Part shown: positions 1-9,922 of the stretch, in pieces | How the letters are laid out: every line of letters starts with the position of its first letter | How positions within the stretch are numbered: position 1 is the first letter of the stretch | Assembly: GCA_048940645.1 (NCBI GenBank) | Contig: JBHLOI010000018.1 | Location: forward strand, 1 to 57,156 | Origin: Promethearchaeota archaeon | GTDB lineage: Archaea; Asgardarchaeota; Lokiarchaeia; Sigyniarchaeales; SOKP01 | Direction: 5' to 3' | DNA: 57,156 bases | Position numbers and translations under genes: made by a program | Notes under the pieces: generated by a model | Told to the model about the DNA's origin: nothing | Database searches by the model: none | The model's input: only the letters and a program-made list of their open reading frames with translations

Positions 1-69
1 CAAAATAAACTTGCCGATGCTGTGATAAGATTAATGGGAAAAGAAATAGAAGAAAAAGAGGAAACTTAA
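1..69 (+). CDS. 3' end of a gene entering from the left (QNKLADAVIRLMGKEIEEKEET*)
   Basis: Frame 1 is open from base 1 to TAA at 67-69 and is followed by T-tracts; product cannot be identified. Confidence 0.6.
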   Translation, partial: QNKLADAVIRLMGKEIEEKEET

Positions 70-108
70 TTTATTTATATTTTTTTACATACTTTTTTTA
101 GATAATTT

Positions 109-318
109 TTATCGTTTTATGAGATGAAAAACATACATTTGCTCTGAACCATGCACATTTACGAGATCATAGCCATTTTTTGTCATATAATCTTCGATAT
201 AAGCTAAAGCACTTTGGTAGAATCCCTTTTTTTCAAATTTCATAGTTTTAACTTCAGAAGAACTGGCATGGCTTAAAGAACGAGCAAGTAAATTTATCGT
301 AATTGTATCAATCTTCAC
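109..318 (-). CDS. small hypothetical protein (69 aa)
   Basis: GTG start preceded by a GGTGA-like Shine-Dalgarno sequence; natural-looking composition; no family recognised. Confidence 0.6.
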   Translation of the reverse strand: MKIDTITINLLARSLSHASSSEVKTMKFEKKGFYQSALAYIEDYMTKNGYDLVNVHGSEQMYVFHLIKR

Positions 319-457
319 TTTATATTCACCTTATAATTTTTGTTTTATTTTAAAAGTTCTTTTAACATTTTAATTCACATTAAGTTTTAAAAAAATCGAA
401 ATTTCATTAAGAATGCCTCTTTTTGGTAATTGTTTAATAAAAAAAATGAGATACAAA

Positions 458-955
458 ATGGAAGATAAGTTAAAGCAATGGTTGGATGAGCATAATATTC
501 AATATGTTTTACATACACACCCAGCAGTGTTCACAGTACCTGAAGCAAGAGAACATTGTGGACATATTCCTGGAACCCATTGTAAAAATTTATTTCTCAA
601 GAATAAAAAATCAGGACAATTATACTTGGTGACCATCCCTCATGAAAAGCGATTAGACTTAAATCAATTTCGTACAATGATAGGTGCTCCAAAAATTCGC
701 TTTGCTGGACCTGAAGATCTTGCTGAAATATTAGGCATTAGTGCTGGTGCTGTATCTCCACTTGGATTGGTTAATGATATGAATAATATGGTAATTTTCA
801 TAGTAGATGACATCATATGGAATGCTGATGAGATTTGTTGCCATCCAAATGTTAATACTGAGACATTACAAATTCCGGGATCTGATTTTCGGAAATTAAT
901 TAAAGCCACTGCGACTTCGATGGAAATAAAAAATCTTCCCTATTTAGGAAGCTGA
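458..955 (+). CDS. YbaK/ProX(PrdX)-family aminoacyl-tRNA deacylase
   Basis: HPAVFTV, CKNLFLK, GAVSPLGL and HPNVNTET motifs of PrdX-type editing domains; ATG at 458 preferred over 413. Confidence 0.9.
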   Translation: MEDKLKQWLDEHNIQYVLHTHPAVFTVPEAREHCGHIPGTHCKNLFLKNKKSGQLYLVTIPHEKRLDLNQFRTMIGAPKIRFAGPEDLAEILGISAGAVSPLGLVNDMNNMVIFIVDDIIWNADEICCHPNVNTETLQIPGSDFRKLIKATATSMEIKNLPYLGS

Positions 956-1140
956 TTTAAAATAATTCAAAGCTGTTAAAGCATATATTTTTGTGGCATT
1001 TATCATGTCATCAATATATACATATTCGTTTTGGGCATGATAATTATTATCCCCTCGCAGAGTACCTATTATAACAGTTTCAATTCCTTTCATTTGAAAA
1101 AGATGAGCCTATTTAAGATTTTTTTTTCCATGTCATCCAT
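944..1140 (-). pseudogene. remnant of an M20-family (ArgE/DapE-like) deacylase gene with a large internal deletion
   Basis: ATG at 1140 (MDDMEKKILN...) joins out of frame to AHLFQMKGIETVIIGTLRGDNNYHAQNEYVYIDDMINATKIYALTALNYF, which matches the M20 C-terminal H-x-x-N-E-Y-V pattern. Confidence 0.7.
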
Positions 1141-1340
1141 ATTAATCCCTCAATCTTTTTTAGATTGATATTTGAGTTTAACATTTATATAAATTATGAT
1201 AGAAAGGTTATTATCTTTTTAAAATTAGATTGTAAAGTTGAACTAATCTAAAACTAAAAAATTAAAAAACAATCTACCACATATTTAGATTGACTTTCCT
1301 AATTTTAATAGATTAAATTATTACAAACAAGTGAAAATAA

Positions 1341-2348
1341 ATGGCAAAAAGAGTAGCTATTAATGGTTTTGGTAGAATTGGACGATTGTTTTTTAGAGCT
1401 GTATATGATAACTATTGGAATGATATTGATATTGTTTCCATCAATGATCTCTTTGAAGCAAAATATTTGGCTTATGCTTTAAAATACGATTCTGTATTTG
1501 GAAGATTTAAAGGAAAAGTAGAAGCTAAAGAAACGTCATTAGTTATTGATGGTAAAGAGATTCCTATTACTGCTGAGAGAGATCCTGCGGATCTACCTCA
1601 TGGAAGCAATATGATTGATGTAGCTGTTGAATCAACTGGTCGCTTTACTGCTAGAGACGGAGCATCAAAGCATTTAACTGCTGGTGCCAGAAGAGTTCTC
1701 ATAAGCGCACCTGCAACAAACCCAGATATTACCGTAGTACTAGGTTGTAACGATCATCAAATAACAAGTGACCATAAAATCATTTCGAATGCTTCGTGCA
1801 CAACTAACTGTTTGGCTCCTGTGGTTAAAGTTTTGCATGATAATTTTAGAATTAAGTATGGTCTTATGACCACAATCCATTCCTACACTAATGATCAGAC
1901 TACAGCGGACATAGCGAGGTCAGGAACTCCTGAAAAAATGATCCGTGGAAGAGCAGCAGCTCAGAACATGATTCCCACATCTACAGGTGCTGCAAAGGCT
2001 ATTGGATTAGTTTTTCCAGATCTAGCAGGTAAATTGGATGGTATCGCTGTAAGAGTACCTACACTTGATGGTAGCGTAGTTGATTTAAAAGTTATAGTAG
2101 AAAATAGATGTAATGCTGAGGAAGTAAATTTGAAGATGAAAGAGGCTTCTAATAATAGCCTAAGGGGCATTCTAGATTACACTGATGATCCGATTGTAAG
2201 TAGTGATATAATTGGTAATGCTCATAGCTCAATATTCAATGGATTATGGACTAAAGTTGTTGAAGATGAAGTCTTCGTTTTAAGCTGGTATGATAATGAA
2301 TGGGGTTTCTCAAATCGAATGGCAGAGTTAATAATTAACAGATTATAA
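1341..2348 (+). CDS. gap: class I (bacterial/eukaryotic-type) glyceraldehyde-3-phosphate dehydrogenase
   Basis: INGFGRIGR, SNASCTTNCLAP, STGAAKA and WYDNEWGFS signatures. Confidence 0.97.
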   Translation: MAKRVAINGFGRIGRLFFRAVYDNYWNDIDIVSINDLFEAKYLAYALKYDSVFGRFKGKVEAKETSLVIDGKEIPITAERDPADLPHGSNMIDVAVESTGRFTARDGASKHLTAGARRVLISAPATNPDITVVLGCNDHQITSDHKIISNASCTTNCLAPVVKVLHDNFRIKYGLMTTIHSYTNDQTTADIARSGTPEKMIRGRAAAQNMIPTSTGAAKAIGLVFPDLAGKLDGIAVRVPTLDGSVVDLKVIVENRCNAEEVNLKMKEASNNSLRGILDYTDDPIVSSDIIGNAHSSIFNGLWTKVVEDEVFVLSWYDNEWGFSNRMAELIINRL

Positions 2349-2360
2349 ACTTCTCATAAT

Positions 2361-2393
2361 TATTTTTTACTTTTTTTTATTTACTTATTTTTA
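2361..2393 (+). terminator. probable archaeal oligo-T terminator downstream of gap
   Basis: TTTTTT and TTTTTTTT tracts immediately after the stop codon, between convergent genes. Confidence 0.5.
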
Positions 2394-2429
2394 TAGTATA
2401 AAAAGATTATTCTAAATTTTTGTTCAATC

Positions 2430-3020
2430 TTAAATGGTAAAATTTGTGAAAGTAATCGTGATTATTAAGAGTGTACTTAATAGAATTATAAATAGATTAG
2501 AACTCCAATGTCTTATTTGTCTTCTCATAAACATGAATTTAAATCCAACAGCAACATGGATTATGATTAGGATTAACAAGACAAAATCATAATACATATG
2601 TAATTCAAATGGTATTACTAATCCAATGCTTTTAATATAATATGCAAAACCAGATAATACAACCAGAGCAGCGAAAATAATAATTGCTCTATTTGTGATA
2701 AGTTGTATCAATCTTAATATGTAGATAGGGCGACTTCTCTTACTTTTTAAACCTTTATAGATACGAGTCCACCAAAGTTTCAAATATTTCTGTGAGAGTA
2801 TGCAATGGAAGATAAGAATTCCCAATAAAATCCATTCAGCTCCTTGGTGAAGAATCAAGTAAAAACTGTAAGTTTCAAGAAACTGACGTAGAGATACTAT
2901 GATAAGTACGCCCAATGAAAAAAAACTAAGCAACCAAGATAATTTCCTATGTACTTTTAATCCTCTTACGTTCATAATTAAATATAGTTTTTCATAAAAT
3001 TCCTTTGATAAATAAACCAA
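2430..3020 (-). CDS. polytopic membrane protein with His pairs, possibly cytochrome b-like
   Basis: About 5 hydrophobic segments; internally duplicated H-x13-H pattern (LHQ...FHC; LHM...IHV). Confidence 0.55.
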   Translation of the reverse strand: MVYLSKEFYEKLYLIMNVRGLKVHRKLSWLLSFFSLGVLIIVSLRQFLETYSFYLILHQGAEWILLGILIFHCILSQKYLKLWWTRIYKGLKSKRSRPIYILRLIQLITNRAIIIFAALVVLSGFAYYIKSIGLVIPFELHMYYDFVLLILIIIHVAVGFKFMFMRRQIRHWSSNLFIILLSTLLIITITFTNFTI

Positions 3021-3110
3021 TTTCCAGAATGGTTTTTTTTACTAAATTTGTGCTCTATTAGTATTTTAAAGTTAATTTATACTTAAGATTATAGATTACA
3101 AAATGGAAAT

Positions 3111-3536
3111 ATGATGATTTTAATGTATAATACACTAAAAAATTATAAGAAACAAATTTACACTGGAATGAGAGTTGGAGGAACTCATCACTGGCGTTAT
3201 AACAATGGGGAATGGTTAGAAACTAAAACAGCTCCAGATCAGTGGAAAATAAACTTTAATTGTATAAAAACGCGAGCAAAACCAGCACCAATTAATACGG
3301 GGGCTAATGTTGGCACAAAATATCATTGGTATATCATAGCAGATCAGATAGCTACTAAACTGGATAGTAATTCTTATGTGACAAATATGAGAGGATTAAA
3401 ATTTAAAGTGGGTCATAAACGACCATATTGGAGAACATTTAGTTATAATTATCCTGAACAAATCTCATACAAAAACAAAATCATTGAAATTTTAGAAGGT
3501 ATTATTAAAAAATTAAAAATGGGAGATTTAATTTAG
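3111..3536 (+). CDS. conserved hypothetical protein (basic, Trp/Tyr-rich)
   Basis: YTGMRVGGTHHWRY...YHWYIIADQ...GLKFKVGHKR resembles an uncharacterised family I recall from bacteria; start uncertain (3111-3123). Confidence 0.7.
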   Translation: MMILMYNTLKNYKKQIYTGMRVGGTHHWRYNNGEWLETKTAPDQWKINFNCIKTRAKPAPINTGANVGTKYHWYIIADQIATKLDSNSYVTNMRGLKFKVGHKRPYWRTFSYNYPEQISYKNKIIEILEGIIKKLKMGDLI

Positions 3537-3549
3537 TATTCTTAAAATT

Positions 3550-4260
3550 TTAAGATGATTGCGGAGTTTTTTTATCTTTTACATATTCACGCATTTTTTC
3601 GAAAAATTCATCATCTTCTTTCTTATGATCTTCAGTATACCATTTATCAAACCGAATATGTCCTATAACTCTTGCTAAAACAATAACTAAAACAGTAATT
3701 ACAATACCATCTATTACTTGAAGCCAAACTTCTGTTAAATTCCAAAAATAAGAAACATCTGCAGATGAAACAGTAATTATTATCATTAATTCAAATTCAA
3801 TTTGCTCTTCTTGTTCTAGTCCTCCAGCTAAAAATCTTATAAATGCTTCTCCTGAGAGATATATTTCATTATCTTTCTCAAGTATTAAATTAATATGACT
3901 TTTATGAAGTGAGTTTCTCGGAGGATCATAAGTAAATAAACGAGAAATTAATGTTTGTGTAATAAAAAACCTGTAAATGTTATATTCGATTGAGGTAATC
4001 CCAATCGGTTCAACTGAACCAGTTGTAATTACATTAAAATCAAGATTTGCCGTGTATTTATAATTAGAATCTAAGTATAAATCAAATTCAATATTTAAAC
4101 CTCCCGTTCCTCCAACAAGAGATTGATTAAAATTTATATTTGTATTATAATGCCCTATTCCTAGTACTTCTCTAAAATTATTAAATACTGGCAGTAATGC
4201 AATACATGTAACTAATAAAATAGTAATGCCTGCTAATTTATATTTATTTTTCTTTTCGAT
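3550..4260 (-). CDS. membrane-anchored exported protein (~236 aa), probably with a non-canonical ATC start
   Basis: The frame of the 78-aa ORF stays open to 4332 with no ATG/GTG/TTG. IEKKNKYKLAGITILLVTCIALLPVF looks like a signal peptide beginning at ATC 4260, downstream of GGAGTAGGA. There is a C-terminal TM helix. Confidence 0.7.
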   Translation of the reverse strand: MEKKNKYKLAGITILLVTCIALLPVFNNFREVLGIGHYNTNINFNQSLVGGTGGLNIEFDLYLDSNYKYTANLDFNVITTGSVEPIGITSIEYNIYRFFITQTLISRLFTYDPPRNSLHKSHINLILEKDNEIYLSGEAFIRFLAGGLEQEEQIEFELMIIITVSSADVSYFWNLTEVWLQVIDGIVITVLVIVLARVIGHIRFDKWYTEDHKKEDDEFFEKMREYVKDKKTPQSS

Positions 4261-4332
4261 CTTAAATCCTACTCCATTTATGATTAAATGTTTCTCTGAG
4301 TTAAAATAGAAAAGGAAACTTATAAAGATTGC

Positions 4333-4998
4333 TTAATTAAGAGTTTTAATAAAATTCAATTGATATACAAACCAATTACCGAAGCCTTCAATAAATTCTA
4401 ATCCCGCTTTTCTTGCCCATCGTTTTTCTGTTCTTCGAAGGGGATAATCTGGGTCTAGAAATAATTCGCTAAACGAAATTATACCATCTGATTTTAGAAT
4501 TCTCTTAAATTCTTTAAGTACTCTGACGGGTTCTGGTATTTCTGGAAGGCATGCAATCGCATAAATTCGATCTACAGATTCATCTTCAAAGGAAAGATTA
4601 TAAGCATTATCTACCATTGGAATTATATTAGAAATATTTTCTTTTTCGACTCTTTCTTTTAATCTTTTGATAATTGTCTTTTGAATATCAATAGCATAAA
4701 CTTTTCCATAAGGCAATATTTTGTCTGCTACAGCCTTGGTGTAGTTTCCTTTTCCTGGCCCAATTTCCACAACAATCATCCCTGATTTAAGGTTCAGCCT
4801 TTCAGCAATAACTTTAGGTTTTTGAATAAATCGTCTTCTAATGGGATTATCAATTAATCGAGTTAGGAACGAGGGAATAGGGAACTTGTATAATTTTCTA
4901 ATTATTTTTGCCAAGACAAACACCCAAAAAAGGAGACATAAAAAAATTATCCCTAAAATTAAAAATATGTTTTGGATTATAAGCAACCAATTAGACAT
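4333..4998 (-). CDS. class I SAM-dependent methyltransferase with N-terminal membrane anchor
   Basis: VVEIGPGKG motif I, YAIDIQ, LSFEDESVD, RILKSDG. Confidence 0.9.
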   Translation of the reverse strand: MSNWLLIIQNIFLILGIIFLCLLFWVFVLAKIIRKLYKFPIPSFLTRLIDNPIRRRFIQKPKVIAERLNLKSGMIVVEIGPGKGNYTKAVADKILPYGKVYAIDIQKTIIKRLKERVEKENISNIIPMVDNAYNLSFEDESVDRIYAIACLPEIPEPVRVLKEFKRILKSDGIISFSELFLDPDYPLRRTEKRWARKAGLEFIEGFGNWFVYQLNFIKTLN

Positions 4999-5101
4999 TA
5001 TTTAATCAGGACCACATATTAAAAGATTGGTAAATCAAAAATGAATCTTTAATATGATCTATTAGGAATAAATTTTTATATTCTCCCATTTTAGATTATT
5101 C

Positions 5102-6031
5102 ATGAATTTAAGCTCAGCTCGACGATTAGAAATTGAAGATAAGAAATTATTTGATAAATATTTTGATGATTTTCAACCTGAAATCTCAGAATTTACGTTT
5201 ACTAATCTTTTTATTTGGAAAGATTACTATAGTTTCTTGTTTATAGAATCTGATAATCATCTAATTATTTTTTCGCAAGATTATTTTAAAAGTTGGAAAA
5301 AATCAATTTCTAATTTAGATGAAGGAATATTTTTCTTAACCCCTATCGGTCCCACGCCAGAAAAACTCATAATCAACTTATTTAAACAGTTTGATAATAT
5401 TGAAATTCATAGAGTTCCCAAAGATATCATAGAAAAAGTAATTAATAAACCAGAATACCAAGTCTTAAATTTAGATATTCATGAAGATAGAATTAATTGG
5501 GATTATATTTATGAGATTAAATCTCTCATTGATTTACCAGGAAATAAATATCGTCAAAAAAGACGTTGGTTAAACAAGTTCTTGGAAATTTATAACTATG
5601 AATTTAATATAATTTCGGATGGTTATATAGATAAAGCACTTGAGCTACAATTGGAATGGTGTGATCAAAATGAATGTCAAAGTAATGAAGATTTAATTGA
5701 GGAACAAAAAGCAATAAAAACAGCGTTAGAAAATTTTAATGATTTAGGGATTTTTGGAGGCATAATTGGTGTTGATAATAAATGTGTAGCATATACTTTA
5801 GGAGAAATGATAAATAAAGAAAGTTTGGTTATCCATATAGAGAAAGCTCATATAGAATACGAGGGTTCATACCAAGCTATTAATAACTTATTTCTAAAAG
5901 AGTTTGGTAAAAACGCAAAATATGTGAATAGAGAACAAGATTTAGGAATTCCTGGTTTAAGAAGAGCAAAAGAAGCTTATAAACCGATTAGAATGGTAGA
6001 AAAAAGTATAATCTATCATAAAGAAGACTAA
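5102..6031 (+). CDS. DUF2156 / aminoacyl-phosphatidylglycerol synthase C-terminal-like domain protein
   Basis: SEFTFTNLFIW, WDYIY, IHIEKA and YVNREQDLGIPGLRRAKEAYKP signatures. Confidence 0.9.
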   Translation: MNLSSARRLEIEDKKLFDKYFDDFQPEISEFTFTNLFIWKDYYSFLFIESDNHLIIFSQDYFKSWKKSISNLDEGIFFLTPIGPTPEKLIINLFKQFDNIEIHRVPKDIIEKVINKPEYQVLNLDIHEDRINWDYIYEIKSLIDLPGNKYRQKRRWLNKFLEIYNYEFNIISDGYIDKALELQLEWCDQNECQSNEDLIEEQKAIKTALENFNDLGIFGGIIGVDNKCVAYTLGEMINKESLVIHIEKAHIEYEGSYQAINNLFLKEFGKNAKYVNREQDLGIPGLRRAKEAYKPIRMVEKSIIYHKED

Positions 6032-6144
6032 TTAAGGAATGGAATAGTGAAGATTTTTATACTCTTTTTAATTGACAAATCTAGTTAGTAAGTATTAATA
6101 AGTCATAATTATCTTATAATACCATAAAAATGAATATTATGTGA

Positions 6145-7845
6145 TTGTTTATGTCTGAAGATGAAAGTAAAGAAGGTCAAAAGCAAGAAATGCCTGTTGG
6201 TAGATTGATCGGAAAGACAACAGCTTACGAAGTTACGATGCAAGTTCAAGATCCTTCTGTATTTAAAAAAACATATCTTACAATATATGGAGAAAAAGAT
6301 AAAGAAGGGAACAAGGCTCATTATGTACTTAGCATATTAGATATGTGGAGCGATGAATCAGGAATGTTAGCTATCTTATCTGTTTTAGGAGAAAGGCCAA
6401 AAAGACCATTTGATGTAGGTGCTGAAGTTTATAAGGCAAAAGAGAAGCAAATTACAAAATTATTAGGAATTTACAATCCCCCTGAAGAATCAGTTTCTTT
6501 GGGAAAGTTACTTGGCTATGAATTTGATGTAAATTTATTAGTTAAGAACTTTGGAAGGATATTCATTACAGGAAAGAGTGGGTCTGGAAAATCATATACG
6601 ATGGGTGTATTATGTGAGGAATTTATGAAAAAAGGGATACCTATTGTTATATTAGATCGCCATGGAGAATATGGATCTCTTAAAGTAGCGGCTAAAGATG
6701 ATAATCAAGAAGGTGACAGTGGACAAAGTGAATTTGTGGATAAAATCATAGAATTTGCTGATTTGAAAATTAACAAGGGTGGTGATATTGATGTCGAATA
6801 TTTATTTTCTTTAGATGCTGGAGATATTGTTGCTCCTAATCTATGTACAATAGTAAACATGAGAGGAATGGATTTAAGCGTTCAAGAAATGATTGCTGGT
6901 AAATTGCTTAAAAAATTATATCAAGCAAGTACTTCAAGAAGAATTCCACCATTCTATTTATTCTTAGATGAAGCTCATCTTTTTGCGGGTAAGAAAAAAA
7001 CTGAAACATGTGAAACTGTAAAACTTTTTTCTCAGGAGGGAAGAAAATTCGGAGCTAATTTAGTAATAGGTACACAGAGACCCCAATTATTAGACACAAC
7101 TATACGAGCGCAAGCAGGTAGTTGGGTTGTTCATAATCTTACAGATATTCGAGATATTGATGTTACTATTTCAAGTGCCGAAGACTTAAGTCGCGACAAT
7201 AAGAAAGATATTTCAGGCTTGGATAAAGGAGAATCAATAATTTGTGGAGAGGCAGTAAAGGGTATTCCATTATATGTAAAAATTCGAAAGCGAAAAACTG
7301 AACATGGTGGAATTGGTTTTAATCCATTAGATTTCTTGCCTCAACAAACTGTAGAAGAGTTGCAGATGAGAAGGCAAAGAATTCTGGGAGATAAAAGTGC
7401 GAATGAATTGGAAACTGGAAAAGCCATTTTTGAAGAAATCACCGCTCCAAAAACATCTGCAGAGTATTTAGATGAAATAGGCGCTTTGAAAGTAAAAATA
7501 AAGGAGCTTGAAGAGGAAATCGAAATGCTTAAAGATAAAGTAGTTGAGTTAGAATCAGGTGGAGCAGAAGGAGTGCCTTTAACAGCGGAAAATATAGACG
7601 AGAAAGTAGAGGAACTACAAACAGAATTAAAAGTATGGCAAGAAAAGTATAATTACCTTAAAGAAACTTTAGAAAATCCAGATGCATTTCCTCAGTTAGG
7701 TGAAGAAAGTAGTGGAGCAATAATAGATTTACAAAATAAAACCATAGAGTTGGAAGCTGAACTACAAAAATATAGATCAAAATATACTGATGCAATAGTA
7801 CTTGCCGAAAAAGCAATTACTGAACTTAAAAAAAGAGGTAAATAA
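6145..7845 (+). CDS. HerA/DUF87-family P-loop ATPase with C-terminal coiled coil
   Basis: N-terminal HAS-barrel-like region; GKSGSGKS, LDRHGEY, FLDEAHLFA, EGRKFG and GTQRP motifs; heptad-rich tail. Confidence 0.88.
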   Translation: MFMSEDESKEGQKQEMPVGRLIGKTTAYEVTMQVQDPSVFKKTYLTIYGEKDKEGNKAHYVLSILDMWSDESGMLAILSVLGERPKRPFDVGAEVYKAKEKQITKLLGIYNPPEESVSLGKLLGYEFDVNLLVKNFGRIFITGKSGSGKSYTMGVLCEEFMKKGIPIVILDRHGEYGSLKVAAKDDNQEGDSGQSEFVDKIIEFADLKINKGGDIDVEYLFSLDAGDIVAPNLCTIVNMRGMDLSVQEMIAGKLLKKLYQASTSRRIPPFYLFLDEAHLFAGKKKTETCETVKLFSQEGRKFGANLVIGTQRPQLLDTTIRAQAGSWVVHNLTDIRDIDVTISSAEDLSRDNKKDISGLDKGESIICGEAVKGIPLYVKIRKRKTEHGGIGFNPLDFLPQQTVEELQMRRQRILGDKSANELETGKAIFEEITAPKTSAEYLDEIGALKVKIKELEEEIEMLKDKVVELESGGAEGVPLTAENIDEKVEELQTELKVWQEKYNYLKETLENPDAFPQLGEESSGAIIDLQNKTIELEAELQKYRSKYTDAIVLAEKAITELKKRGK

Positions 7846-8010
7846 ATTATCTTAAACCTCAAATAATATTTTGGTAATATTTTTTTAAATTCATATTTTT
7901 TCTATTCTTTTATCCATAATTTATAAATTTGGTTAATTTTATTTTAGATTGGTCAAACTATTAATTATCACATAAAAGTAATTAGATTAATTAATTTAAG
8001 GAGTTATAAA

Positions 8011-9078
8011 TTGAACTTAGAAAGCATTAAAAAACTTCAAAAAGAACTATCTGATCTATTTGGTGTTTCTGGATTTGAAGATGAGGTAAGTAATTTTATC
8101 TTGAACATGATTGAAAATGAAAATTTAGTTGACAAAGCTTGGAAGGACCCTCTTGGAAATGTACTTGCCATGAAAGAAGGAAATGAAGGGAAAAATCGAA
8201 TTCTATTTGATGCTCACACTGATGAAATTGGATTCATGGTCTCTTACATCGAGAAATCTGGATTTTTAAGATTTGTTTTGGTTGGTGGATGGGATATAAG
8301 GATATTGCAAGGACAGGCAGTAATCTTAAAATCACAATCAGGAAAACTTTTACATGGAATAATTGGATCAAAGCCTCCCCACTTAACAACCCCAAGTGAG
8401 AGGAAAAAAATTCCTGATCCTACTAAATTGTATATTGATGTCGGTATGAGTTCAGACAAAGAAGTGATAAATAGCGGGATTGATGTTGGTTCTGTTGCTA
8501 CTTTATATGATCCTTTTGAAGAATTTCCTAATAATATGGTTCGTGGAAAAGCATTTGATGATCGCACTGGATGTAATGTACTTCTTCAGTTGATGAGGCA
8601 ATTAAAAGAAAATTCATCGATTAATGACACTATTCTATTTAATTTTGCTGTGCAAGAAGAATTTGGAAGGATTGGAGCCGTTACAGGAGCTTTTAAACTA
8701 AAACCAACTATGGCTATAGCAGTAGAAAACACTACTGCGGCAGATGTACCAGGTATAAAAGATTCGCAAATCCCAGTTTATATTGGTAAAGGTCCAGCGA
8801 TCACCGTAGCAGATAAATCCATTATATGTTCGCCTCATATAAATAAAAGACTCATAGAAAATGCAAAGTATGAAAAAATTTCTTATCAAATCAAAAAACC
8901 TATGTATGGTTTAACAGATGCAGGGAAAATTCAACTTACACGCGAAGGTGTACCTAGCTCAGTAGTATCTGTTCCATGTCGCTATATACATTCTCCAACA
9001 TCTTTACTCAAGTTAGAAGATATAGCTAATACAATAAGATTGCTAGTAACTTTTATAAGGAATCCTGCTAATCTTTAG
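8011..9078 (+). CDS. M42-family (TET-like) aminopeptidase
   Basis: DAHTDEIG, KAFDDRTGC, VQEEFG, RYIHSP. Confidence 0.95.
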   Translation: MNLESIKKLQKELSDLFGVSGFEDEVSNFILNMIENENLVDKAWKDPLGNVLAMKEGNEGKNRILFDAHTDEIGFMVSYIEKSGFLRFVLVGGWDIRILQGQAVILKSQSGKLLHGIIGSKPPHLTTPSERKKIPDPTKLYIDVGMSSDKEVINSGIDVGSVATLYDPFEEFPNNMVRGKAFDDRTGCNVLLQLMRQLKENSSINDTILFNFAVQEEFGRIGAVTGAFKLKPTMAIAVENTTAADVPGIKDSQIPVYIGKGPAITVADKSIICSPHINKRLIENAKYEKISYQIKKPMYGLTDAGKIQLTREGVPSSVVSVPCRYIHSPTSLLKLEDIANTIRLLVTFIRNPANL

Positions 9079-9120
9079 CTTTAAAAAAAAATTTAAAAAA
9101 AATATAGGAATATTAGCTAA

Positions 9121-9681
9121 TTAATCACCAATTGGAAGAATTTTTCTTCCATATGATTCATTTATAATTTCTGCTATTGCTAAATAAATTGCACTTGAAC
9201 CACACAAAATTCCTTCATATCCTGCTATGATTTTAATTAACGATATACCAGTAAAATCACCAATAGCTAGTAGAAAAAATAATATAGCTAAACTTAAAAA
9301 GACGACCTGTAGAGCCCTATTCCTTTTCAATGTTCCAAAAAACATAAATAAAGTAAATAAGCCCCACATCAGAAGGTAAGATCCTACAGCAAATGTCTCT
9401 GGAGGTACACTCCATAATCCTGTATTTGGTAAAATATTTAGAAAAACTAATGTCAACCAAAACAATCCATAGGATGTAAAAGCTGTTGTCCCGAACGTAT
9501 TTCCTTTCTTATATTCCATAATACCCGCAATTATTTGGGCAATTCCTCCATAAAATATTCCCATACTTAAAATCATAGTCCCTAAGGGAAATAAACCAGC
9601 ATTATGAAGATTAAGTAGGACAGTAGTCATACCAAATCCCATCAGACCAAGCGGTGCTGGATTTGCCAATTCATCATTCAT
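9121..9681 (-). CDS. satP: acetate/succinate transporter (GPR1/FUN34/YaaH family)
   Basis: [19 protein letters not shown] and [15 protein letters not shown] signatures. Confidence 0.95.
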   Translation of the reverse strand: MNDELANPAPLGLMGFGMTTVLLNLHNAGLFPLGTMILSMGIFYGGIAQIIAGIMEYKKGNTFGTTAFTSYGLFWLTLVFLNILPNTGLWSVPPETFAVGSYLLMWGLFTLFMFFGTLKRNRALQVVFLSLAILFFLLAIGDFTGISLIKIIAGYEGILCGSSAIYLAIAEIINESYGRKILPIGD

Positions 9682-9922
9682 TTTTCTTTTACTCGTCTAT
9701 TATCAATTTAATTAGATTCATGTACTTATTTTGATTTTAAAATTTTTTGAAAGATAAAAACCTTATATTAATAAAAAATTAGGACATCTTCAATTGATAA
9801 AAAAAACCTTGTTTTAGGTTATAAAGATAAAAGTATCAAATTTATAGATAAAAATCTTATAAATTATAGTAAATATATTAAATAAAATAGAGAGAGATCG
9901 GAAAATAATAAATAAAAAAAAA

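Noticed and set aside
664-909. Antisense ORFs at 664-909, 1961-2170, 6109-6321, 8244-8567 and 8698-8889
   Set aside because: They overlap well-supported genes on the opposite strand and show no motifs
3550-4998. Read-through fusion of the methyltransferase with the downstream same-frame ORF
   Set aside because: TAA stop, a complete methyltransferase C-terminus, and the downstream ORF has its own Shine-Dalgarno and signal peptide
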